NCBI GenBank assembly: GCA_044229145.1
Contig: JBGATO010000065.1
Location: 1 to 20,232 of the forward strand
Reading direction: 5' to 3'
Origin: Candidatus Eiseniibacteriota bacterium
Lineage (GTDB): Bacteria; Eisenbacteria; RBG-16-71-46; CAZEPH01
DNA: 20,232 nucleotides
A program made the position numbers and the translations under genes. The notes under the pieces are model-generated. The model had not been told where the DNA came from and did not search any database. It worked only from the letters and a program-made list of their open reading frames with translations. Shown here in pieces: positions 13,128-20,091 of this stretch (position 1 is the first letter of the stretch; each line of letters opens with the position of its first letter).

Positions 13128-13805
13128 CTAGTGGCCGAACTGACGCTTGATGGAGCCCCACGACGTCGGAAGCACCGGCGTGTCACGGTTCACGTACGCC
13201 ACCGCACCGCCGATCGACATACCGCCGCCGTTACCGCTGCTGTCGACCAGGACCTTGTCCTTGTCGATGAGCTTCACCTCGGTCAGCTGGAAGGTGCCGC
13301 GCGACATCGTCGGGTCTGCACAGCCCGAGAAGTCGAACTGCAGCACGATCCCGACACCCTGGGTGCAGTTGGTCAGGTTGCTCGAGTTGGCCCACGCCAC
13401 GTGGAGGTGACCCGGGTCATCGGCGGTCGTGACCGGCACCGCACTCCCGCGGTTCAGGTAGGTGCAGGTCGTGCCCGCCGAGGTCTTGTAGGTCGTGCCG
13501 CTGTGCTCGAAGCAGGCAAGGCCCGCGTCGATCGACACATTGGCGCTCCAGATCAGGTCGATCTCCGCGCCGGCGAAGTCCAGACCGGTCCCGTTTCCAT
13601 TCGCCGGATCCTGGCGGAAGATCACGTAAAGGTTGGGCGTCGAGTTGACGTCCACGTCGTTCTTTTCGATGGCGGTGGTGTCCGTGGTGGACCACGCCAG
13701 GTACGCACGCGCTCCAACGTTCTGGCTCTGCGCTGCATGAGCGGTCATCGCTCCCCCCAGCAGCACGAGGCCCAGAGCAACGGCAAGGACACGGGTCTTC
13801 CTCAT
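13128..13805 (-). CDS. Secreted Cys-containing beta-rich (cohesin-like) protein, paralog 1, with C-terminal TWGxxK-type motif
   Basis: 225 aa; RBS GAGGAG; signal peptide MRKTRVLAVALGLVLLGGAMTAHA; shared core YKTSAGTTCTYLNRGSAVPV; ends PVLPTSWGSIKRQFGH. Confidence 0.85.
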   Translation of the reverse strand: MRKTRVLAVALGLVLLGGAMTAHAAQSQNVGARAYLAWSTTDTTAIEKNDVDVNSTPNLYVIFRQDPANGNGTGLDFAGAEIDLIWSANVSIDAGLACFEHSGTTYKTSAGTTCTYLNRGSAVPVTTADDPGHLHVAWANSSNLTNCTQGVGIVLQFDFSGCADPTMSRGTFQLTEVKLIDKDKVLVDSSGNGGGMSIGGAVAYVNRDTPVLPTSWGSIKRQFGH

Positions 13806-13960
13806 CAGACGATCTCCTCAGTTCAAGCTCAGCACGGGCGACCGCGCACTCGGGGGACCTCCTTCTCACCGTCGCGTATGTGGCCGGCGACAGGCACGGA
13901 GGATAGCAGAATACAGTCGTCCCCAGGGTCTTCCTTGAGGCGGAACGACTGAGGGCGGTG

Positions 13961-13989
13961 ATTCTTGCCGCGACGCGAGAACATGTCAA
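13961..13989 (-). promoter_or_regulatory. sigma70-like promoter for paralog 1
   Basis: Minus strand TTGACA (13989-13984), 17 nt spacer, AAGAAT (13966-13961). Confidence 0.6.
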
Positions 13990-14150
13990 GTAGCTAGGTC
14001 CTCGCATCTTTCTTCGGCAAGCCTTTCCGCCGCACTGAGGATATTCCGCATCCACAGCCGTGACGACCGGCGACATCCTCTGTACCCGCGTACCGTCTCC
14101 GCGGTTCGGGAACTTCGCGCGCCGCCGCGCAAAGCCCTCCGCCATCTGCG

Positions 14151-14179
14151 TTGACGTGCCGATAGCCGGTTCGTATCCT
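14151..14179 (+). promoter_or_regulatory. sigma70-like promoter for the DUF2723/TPR gene (divergent from paralog 1)
   Basis: TTGACG (14151-14156), 17 nt spacer, TATCCT (14174-14179). Confidence 0.6.
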
Positions 14180-14243
14180 CCGCGCGGTCGGCTGTCGGCG
14201 CAGTTGCGGCGCCGCCTGTCCTGGCATCGCCCATCCCATCCGT

Positions 14244-17048
14244 GTGAGCCCGCGAGGCCCCCGTTCCGTGAACGACGACGTGTTGCCGCCTGCCGAGCCC
14301 TCTGCCTTCTCGGCCGAGGACGCTCCATCCGACTTCGCTCCGTCCCCCGATGCCGCCGCCGTCGATCGTGTCGCGTGGCGCGCTGCGCTCCTCGCCGCGG
14401 TCCCGGCGCTGCTGGTGTACCTGCGGACGGTCGCGCCAACCATCGCAGCGTGGGACGCGGCGGACTTCGCGACCTCCGCGTACACGCTCGGCATCGCGCA
14501 CCCGCCCGGCTACCCGCTCTACACACTGCTCGGCTTCCTGTTCACGCACCTGCTTCCGGTCGGCGATGTCGGCTTCCGCATGAACGTCCTCTCCGCCGTC
14601 TGCGCGACGGCCGGCGTCGGCCTGACCGCCGCGCTCGCGGCGACCCTCACCAAAGACGTTTGGGCAGGCGCGTTCGCGGGATGGGTGCTCGCATTCTCGA
14701 ACAACGCGTGGTGGTCGCAGGCGGTGGTGGCCGAGGTCTACGCCCTGAACTGTGTGTTCTTCACGGCTGTGTGGTGGCTCCTGGTCCGCTGGCGGGAATA
14801 TCAGGTGCCGCGCGCGCTGTTCATGGCCGCGTTCGTGTTCGGCCTCGGGCTCGCCCATCACTTGTCGATCGGCATGAGCGCGCCGGCCATCCTCGTGCTG
14901 TTGGTGTGGTCGCTGCGCCGTGCGCCGTTCAAGTGGTCGTGGGTGCCGCTGTGCGCGGGGCTCCTGCTCATCGGTCCGCTGCTCTACCTCTACCTGTACT
15001 TCCGCGCGTTCCAGGATCCGGTCTACAACTTCGGCAATCCCGAAGGATGGACGCGGTTCATCTATCACGTGCGGGCGCAGGCCTATTACTTCCGCCTCGT
15101 CGACATCGCCTCGAGCATCTGGCTGCGGCGTTTCCTGTCGGTCGGGCGCGTCGTCGTCGAAGAAATCGGGTGGGCGGGCGCCGTCGCCGGCGTTGCGGGG
15201 TTGGTGCTGCTGGCGCGCCGCTCGCGGCCGTTCGCGGTGTGCGCGCTGTTGGTGGTGATCGCGTACGCCGGCTACACCGCGGCGTACCGGATTCCCGACA
15301 TCCGCGTGTACTACCTGCCGGTCATCATCGTCATGGCCACCTGTGCCGGCGTGTTGCTCGGGACGGTGCGGGCGCGCGTCATGCGCCAGGCCTCGCCGCG
15401 TGCGATGGCCGGAGTGTTGGTGGCCGTCGCGGCGGTGCTCCCGGTCTCGCTGGCCGCGCGCAACTGGGACGACAACGACTACCACCACTCGCGCCTCACC
15501 CGCGAATGGTGCGAGGCGCTGCAACGCATCGCGACGAAGGACGGCAGCCGTCCCGCGAAGTTGTTCATCATGGGCGACACCGACCTCTTCGTCTCCGGCT
15601 ACCTGAAGATCGTCGAGAAGAAGTTCCCGTCGCTCACGTTGATCGATCAGGCGGGCAACCTGTACGGCGACTTCTATCGCGTGCTCGGCCAGAACGGCGG
15701 CCGCAGCATCCACGTGATCCAAGACGGCGAGCGCTGGGAACTCGAGAAGAACGCGGTGCTCACCTCGCGCGAGCCGGTGTACTTCGACCCGCATCCGGGA
15801 TACGGGCTCGCAGGCGTGCGCTTCGTGCAGCACGGTCTGCTGTTCCGCGCACTCCCCCTCGACCAGCCGGATCCTGATGCGGGCGTCGACTTCTGGAAGT
15901 ACGTGCCGGACTGGTCGCGCTACACCGACCCGTCGAAGGTGGATCCGGAGGACCGGCACGTCCTCGCGAACTATCACATCCTGCGCGGCTTGTACGCGTT
16001 GGACTACGAACGCAGCCGCGGCAGCGCCGAGCAGCACTGGAACCTGGCGGAGAAATTCGCCGGGGACGAAGCGGACGTCTACCAGAACCTCTCGCGCTTC
16101 TTCTCGGCGATCAACCAGCGGCAGCGCGCGCTCGCCGCGTGTCAGCGGGTGATCGAGCTGGTGCCCGACGAGGGCGACTCCTACGCCAACCTCGCCGAGG
16201 TGCAGCTGGGCTTGCGTGACACCACGCAGGCGATCGCCAACTTCGAGAAGGGCCTCGCGATCTCCGGCTTCCTGACCTCGACGCAGTACCTCATGTTGGC
16301 CAACGTCTACAAGGCCACCGGCAACGCTGCACGATCGGTGCTGTTCTATCGCTACGCGCTGGGCGTGCAGCCGAGCAACCCGCTGGGCTGGGCGACGCTC
16401 GCGTCCGCGTACGTGAAGATGGGCGACCTGGCCCGCGCCGAGTACTGCAACAAGCGGGCGATCACGCTCGATCCGACGTTCGCCGCGGCGCACGGCAATC
16501 TCGGGTTCGTCTACATGAACATGGGCCGCTACCCGGACGCCGAGCGCGAATTGCTGCAGTGCCTCAAGCTGGCGCCGGATCAGCCGCGCGCCGCCGCGAA
16601 TCTCGCGCTGCTCTACAGCGAGTCGAAGCGGCCCGACGACGCCCTCACGTGGTGGCGCAAGACGCTGGAAATCGACCCGCACTACCCGGACGCGCACTTC
16701 CAACTCGGCGTCGCCGCCAGCGCCGCGGGCGATTTCGCGACGGCCCGCCGCGAGATGGAGGCGGAGATCGCCTCGAATCCCACCAACACCAAGGCGCTCG
16801 GCGAACTCGGGCTCCTCGAAGCGAACTCCGGCAACATGGGCCGCGCGGTAAGCTTGTGGACGCAGGTGGTCACGCTCGATCCACGCGACGTGCGCGCACA
16901 CTTCAATCTGGCGACCTACTACAAGAACGCCGGCGATCGCGCCCGCGCCATCGCGCACTTCCAAGCCTTCCTGACCGGCATGCCGAGCGGCCCGCCCGCC
17001 GATCAGGCTCGCGCCGCGCTGCGCGAACTCGGGGTCGCCGCGCAGTAA
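14244..17048 (+). CDS. DUF2723/TMEM260-like GT-C membrane glycosyltransferase with C-terminal TPR array
   Basis: DUF2723 signature motifs YLRTVAPTI...DAADFATSAYTLGIAHPPGYPLYTLLG, WWSQAVVAEVYALN and GLGLAHH, about 11 hydrophobic segments, then about 9 TPRs (AITLDPTFAAAHGNLG, LEIDPHYPDAHFQLG, LDPRDVRAHFNLA). The start may instead be GTG 14268. Confidence 0.88.
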   Translation: MSPRGPRSVNDDVLPPAEPSAFSAEDAPSDFAPSPDAAAVDRVAWRAALLAAVPALLVYLRTVAPTIAAWDAADFATSAYTLGIAHPPGYPLYTLLGFLFTHLLPVGDVGFRMNVLSAVCATAGVGLTAALAATLTKDVWAGAFAGWVLAFSNNAWWSQAVVAEVYALNCVFFTAVWWLLVRWREYQVPRALFMAAFVFGLGLAHHLSIGMSAPAILVLLVWSLRRAPFKWSWVPLCAGLLLIGPLLYLYLYFRAFQDPVYNFGNPEGWTRFIYHVRAQAYYFRLVDIASSIWLRRFLSVGRVVVEEIGWAGAVAGVAGLVLLARRSRPFAVCALLVVIAYAGYTAAYRIPDIRVYYLPVIIVMATCAGVLLGTVRARVMRQASPRAMAGVLVAVAAVLPVSLAARNWDDNDYHHSRLTREWCEALQRIATKDGSRPAKLFIMGDTDLFVSGYLKIVEKKFPSLTLIDQAGNLYGDFYRVLGQNGGRSIHVIQDGERWELEKNAVLTSREPVYFDPHPGYGLAGVRFVQHGLLFRALPLDQPDPDAGVDFWKYVPDWSRYTDPSKVDPEDRHVLANYHILRGLYALDYERSRGSAEQHWNLAEKFAGDEADVYQNLSRFFSAINQRQRALAACQRVIELVPDEGDSYANLAEVQLGLRDTTQAIANFEKGLAISGFLTSTQYLMLANVYKATGNAARSVLFYRYALGVQPSNPLGWATLASAYVKMGDLARAEYCNKRAITLDPTFAAAHGNLGFVYMNMGRYPDAERELLQCLKLAPDQPRAAANLALLYSESKRPDDALTWWRKTLEIDPHYPDAHFQLGVAASAAGDFATARREMEAEIASNPTNTKALGELGLLEANSGNMGRAVSLWTQVVTLDPRDVRAHFNLATYYKNAGDRARAIAHFQAFLTGMPSGPPADQARAALRELGVAAQ

Positions 17049-17072
17049 CGCGCGCCCCGCGCCTCACGACAG

Positions 17073-17120
17073 AAACCGGTGGCGCCGTGCTCCGCACCAG
17101 GAGCAGGCGTCACCGGTTTT
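17073..17120 (+). terminator. Intrinsic terminator after the DUF2723/TPR gene
   Basis: Long imperfect stem AAACCGGTGGCGCC-g-TGCTCC / GGAGCA-GGCGTCACCGGTTT ending in TTTT, 25 nt after the stop codon. Confidence 0.65.
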
Positions 17121-17159
17121 CGTGTCTCCCTCACGTCAGCTATCCGCCCACATGCGAAT

Positions 17160-17189
17160 CGGCGGGAGAGCCGAGGAGCTCTCCCGCCG
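17160..17189 (-). terminator. Terminator-like hairpin after paralog 2
   Basis: Perfect 12-bp stem CGGCGGGAGAGC/GCTCTCCCGCCG with a 6-nt loop; the T tract is weak. Confidence 0.6.
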
Positions 17190-17222
17190 TTCTGAACCGC
17201 TGGACTGCGACTGGTTCGACGC

Positions 17223-17828
17223 TTAGTTCTTGAACGTCGACTTGATCGCGCCCCACGTCGTCGGCTGCGCCGCCGTCGCGCCACCGATGGTGGCCGCGCC
17301 GATGATCGTCATGTTGTTGACGACGCCGAGGTGGTCCGTGACCTTGCAGTACGACAGGCCGTACGCGACCGGGGTCAGGTTGCAGCCAGTCATGCTGCCG
17401 CTGAAGTCCCAGTCGATGTTGGCGACGTTACCGAACGAGCAGGCAGTCGTCGGGAGACCCGAGCCGGCGCCGGCGATCGCGTAGTACGAGCCGTTGTCCG
17501 GCGTCACTTCGACCGTCACCACCGCGCCGCGCATGAGGTACGTGCAGACGGTGCCCGAGCTGGTCGGGAAGTTCACGCCACCGATGACGGAGCCGTTGGT
17601 GGCCTCGTCCGGCGACCACGCGATCCCGAACTCGCAGCCCTTGATCTCCGCGATGTTCGAAAGCTTGACGAACAGAAGCTGGTCGCCGCACGCCTGCGGG
17701 ATGTCGCGCACCGTGGCGTCACGGCTCCAGCTCAGGTAGGCCTGTCCACCGTAGTTGGCACCCTGCGCCATGGCCAGCGAGGCGCTCAGGGCGAGGCAAG
17801 ACAACGCCACAAACAAAGTCTTCTTCAT
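17223..17828 (-). CDS. Secreted Cys-rich cohesin-like protein, paralog 2 (most divergent), with C-terminal TWGxxK motif
   Basis: ATG 17828 with RBS AAGGAG; 201 aa; signal peptide MKKTLFVALSCLALSASLAMA; LFVKLSNIAEIKGCEFGIAWSPD; FPTSSGTVCTYLMRG; ends AAQPTTWGAIKSTFKN. Confidence 0.85.
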   Translation of the reverse strand: MKKTLFVALSCLALSASLAMAQGANYGGQAYLSWSRDATVRDIPQACGDQLLFVKLSNIAEIKGCEFGIAWSPDEATNGSVIGGVNFPTSSGTVCTYLMRGAVVTVEVTPDNGSYYAIAGAGSGLPTTACSFGNVANIDWDFSGSMTGCNLTPVAYGLSYCKVTDHLGVVNNMTIIGAATIGGATAAQPTTWGAIKSTFKN

Positions 17829-18023
17829 GTGTCGCACTCCTTCGTGTCCAGGATGCAGAGCTGTGTCGTTTCGGAGAGAGAGGGGGCCTGTGTGTCCTGT
17901 GCTGTGAGCGCCAAGTACTAACACGGCTCCTCTCGGGGCAGCAGCGAGCTGGCGTTCAGGTCCCTTGGCGGGATCCTGTCGGCAGGATGGGACGCGCCAA
18001 GAACGGGTCCGCATTCGTGAAGA

Positions 18024-18053
18024 AGTTTATCAAGCGCGCGAAGGCAGTGTCAA
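18024..18053 (-). promoter_or_regulatory. sigma70-like promoter for paralog 2
   Basis: Minus strand TTGACA (18053-18048), 18 nt spacer, TAAACT (18029-18024) with a TGn extension. Confidence 0.65.
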
Positions 18054-18161
18054 GCAAACCGCCCTGGTTCCGCGCACTGTGGCGCGGGGTTTTGCGCACC
18101 ACCCCGCGCGGAGCCTCGCCCACCCGAGTTTCCCCTGCGCGAGGGCCGGGATTCCATGCGA

Positions 18162-18191
18162 AACGCGGGGAGGATTGCTCCTCCCCGCGTT
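18162..18191 (-). terminator. Intrinsic terminator after paralog 3
   Basis: Perfect 13-bp stem AACGCGGGGAGGA/TCCTCCCCGCGTT with a GCAA (GNRA) loop on the minus strand, running into TTTCG. Confidence 0.75.
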
Positions 18192-18241
18192 CGTGTCGCG
18201 AACATCCGCGTCAGACGGCCCCGTGACCGGGGCAGCCGTGA

Positions 18242-18856
18242 TTAGCGGTTGTAGATGTTCTTGACGGCACCCCAGGTCGTCGCCTGGACCGGCACAGCCT
18301 GCTGGCAGGTGTGCGGGCCACCACCCGCGACCGTCACGATCGCGTTGCTGATCGCGCACTGGTCCTGGGTGTTGGAGGCGTCGAGAATGGCGGCGGAGTT
18401 GAGCGAGATGCAGCCCTGCGGGTCCGCACACGCGTCCGTCTCGAACTGGATCTGCACAGCCGCGCCGGCGGTGCAGGTGGTGAGCGACGAGGTGTTCGCC
18501 CACGCGAGGTGCGCGTGGTCCGCTTCGACGACCGCAACCGGCACCGCGCTACCGCGGTTCAGGTAGGTGCAGGTCGTGCCCGCGCTCGTCTTGTAGACGA
18601 CGTTGATCACGTCGAAGCAGCCCGCGCCGTCACCGGCCGGGTCCCACGTGAGGTCAACCTCGGCACCCTTGTACTGGAGGGCCTGGCCCGTGCGGGTGAA
18701 GCGCACGTAGAGGTTGTTCGTCGCCGCAGCGGCGGTGTCAAGCACCTGCGACGTCGGGCTCCACGAGAGCCACGCCTGCGCACCGGCGTTGCTACCGGCG
18801 AACGCAGCGCCAGCCAGGCACAGCAGCCCGAGGCTGATCAAGAGCACTTTCTTCAT
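18242..18856 (-). CDS. Secreted Cys-rich cohesin-like protein, paralog 3, with C-terminal TWGxxK motif
   Basis: ATG 18856 with RBS CAGGAGG; 204 aa; signal peptide MKKVLLISLGLLCLAGAAFA; YKGAEVDLTWDP; YKTSAGTTCTYLNRG; ends VPVQATTWGAVKNIYNR. Confidence 0.87.
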   Translation of the reverse strand: MKKVLLISLGLLCLAGAAFAGSNAGAQAWLSWSPTSQVLDTAAAATNNLYVRFTRTGQALQYKGAEVDLTWDPAGDGAGCFDVINVVYKTSAGTTCTYLNRGSAVPVAVVEADHAHLAWANTSSLTTCTAGAAVQIQFETDACADPQGCISLNSAAILDASNTQDQCAISNAIVTVAGGGPHTCQQAVPVQATTWGAVKNIYNR

Positions 18857-19065
18857 GAGTTGCGGCCTCCTGAAATCGAAGTGTGTCGGTTGGACAGAAC
18901 CAGCACGCGGCCCGTGACGGGACGTGATGGCGAGGTTTGCGTAGGGCCAGCGGAGCTTACGTGCGTGAGACCGAGACGAGGAGCAATCCTCTCTGGAACG
19001 TGGAACTGCGGTCCGAGAGGCTTCGGCAGTCCTGCGTGGCTCACACACTGAGAGCAACACGGTTG

Positions 19066-19094
19066 AGAGTACCCGGCGGAGACGCTCCGTGCAA
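19066..19094 (-). promoter_or_regulatory. sigma70-like promoter for paralog 3
   Basis: Minus strand TTGCAC (19094-19089), 17 nt spacer, TACTCT (19071-19066). Confidence 0.5.
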
Positions 19095-19204
19095 CGAGAA
19101 AATCCCGTCGCTCGAGGCGATGCGCAATTCTTCACACCGCAGTGCGCTCGAGCTTGACGTGCGTGGGTGCTCCGCTCCGCAGATGCGAGTCCCCGGAAAA
19201 GACA

Positions 19205-19234
19205 CTCGCGCGAGGCCGTGAAGCCCCGCGCGAG
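19205..19234 (-). terminator. Intrinsic terminator after paralog 4
   Basis: Minus strand CTCGCGCGGGGC-TTCACG-GCCTCGCGCGAG (12 bp including one G-U pair), followed by TGTCTTTT. Confidence 0.7.
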
Positions 19235-19261
19235 CCGATCGCCACGAATGGCGAATCTGTC

Positions 19262-19873
19262 TTACTTGTTGAACGACGACTTGATGGCACCCCAGGTCGT
19301 CGGCTGGACCGGCACGGTCGCGCAGTTGTGCGTGCCACCGCCGCCCACCGTCACGATCGCGTTGGCGATCGCGCACTGGTCCTGAACGTTCGCGCCGTCG
19401 AGAATCGCGGCCGAGTTCAGGGAGATACAGCCCGACGGGTCCGCGCAGGCGTCCGTCTCGAACTGGATCTGCACAGCCGCACCGGCGGTGCAGCTGGTGA
19501 ACTGCGAGGTGTTGGCCCACGCGAGGTGCGCGTGCGCAGCCTCGACGATGGCGACCGGCACCGCGCTACCGCGGTTCAGGTACGTGCAGGTGGTGCCCGC
19601 GCTGGTCTTGTAGACGACGTTGATCACGTCGAAGCAGCCGGCGCCGTCACCTTCCGGGTTCCAGGTCAAGTCGACCTCGGCACCCTTGTACTGCATGGCC
19701 GAACCGGTACGCACGAAACGGACGTACAGGTTGTTGGTGGCCGCGGCGGCGGTGTCGAGCACCTGCGTCGTCGGGCTCCAGGAGAGGAACGCCTGGGTGC
19801 CAGCGTTGTTACCCGCGAGCGCGGCGGACGCCACGCACAGCATCGCGGCAGCGATGAGAACAAGCTTCTTCAT
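19262..19873 (-). CDS. Secreted Cys-rich cohesin-like protein, paralog 4, with C-terminal TWGxxK motif
   Basis: 203 aa; RBS CAGGAGG; signal peptide MKKLVLIAAAMLCVASAALA; a near copy of paralog 3; ends VPVQPTTWGAIKSSFNK. Confidence 0.87.
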   Translation of the reverse strand: MKKLVLIAAAMLCVASAALAGNNAGTQAFLSWSPTTQVLDTAAAATNNLYVRFVRTGSAMQYKGAEVDLTWNPEGDGAGCFDVINVVYKTSAGTTCTYLNRGSAVPVAIVEAAHAHLAWANTSQFTSCTAGAAVQIQFETDACADPSGCISLNSAAILDGANVQDQCAIANAIVTVGGGGTHNCATVPVQPTTWGAIKSSFNK

Positions 19874-20020
19874 GGTGAGTCAGACCTCCTGATCGGCGGA
19901 AGTGCTGGAAATGTAGTGAGAGATCTGCCAGGCACGACCCAGGTGATACTTCCCCGTACGGCACCTTGAGGCAGTGTCACGCGGACGCGTGTAGTGCGGT
20001 ATTCCCCATCTCTGAGGTGC

Positions 20021-20051
20021 GGCACCCTGCGGCGGCAGACCGCAGGGTACC
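20021..20051 (-). terminator. Hairpin after the dockerin-like gene (terminator or mRNA-stabilising stem)
   Basis: Minus strand GGTACCCTGCGG-TCTGCCG-CCGCAGGGTGCC; there is no T tract. Confidence 0.45.
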
Positions 20052-20091
20052 CCGCCTACTGTTCGAAGCGACCAACGATGCGCGAGAAGAC

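Noticed and set aside
13986..16964. 992-aa minus-strand ORF
   Set aside because: Antisense shadow of the DUF2723/TPR gene, with no motifs.
18857..19135. N-terminal extensions in the ORF track for paralog 3, paralog 2 (to 18014) and clpB (to 6518)
   Set aside because: Internal ATGs have strong RBSs and give canonical signal peptides or the ClpB N-terminus. The paralog extensions run through predicted leader and promoter sequence.
17829..19260. Known riboswitch (e.g. c-di-GMP), tRNA or CRISPR array in the long intergenic regions
   Set aside because: No recognisable consensus or regularly spaced repeats by eye. An Rfam/Infernal scan would be needed to exclude this fully.
13128..19873. Paralogs as lipoproteins, RiPP precursors or c-type cytochromes
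   Set aside because: The signal-peptide Cys lies mid-helix, ahead of AxA signal peptidase I sites. There are no CxxCH motifs. The proteins are about 200-aa folded domains with no RiPP maturases nearby.
19969..19979. AGGCAGTGTCA shared with 18042-18052, as a promoter for paralog 4
   Set aside because: It gives GTGACA as -35 but no convincing -10 at 16-18 nt spacing; too weak to call.
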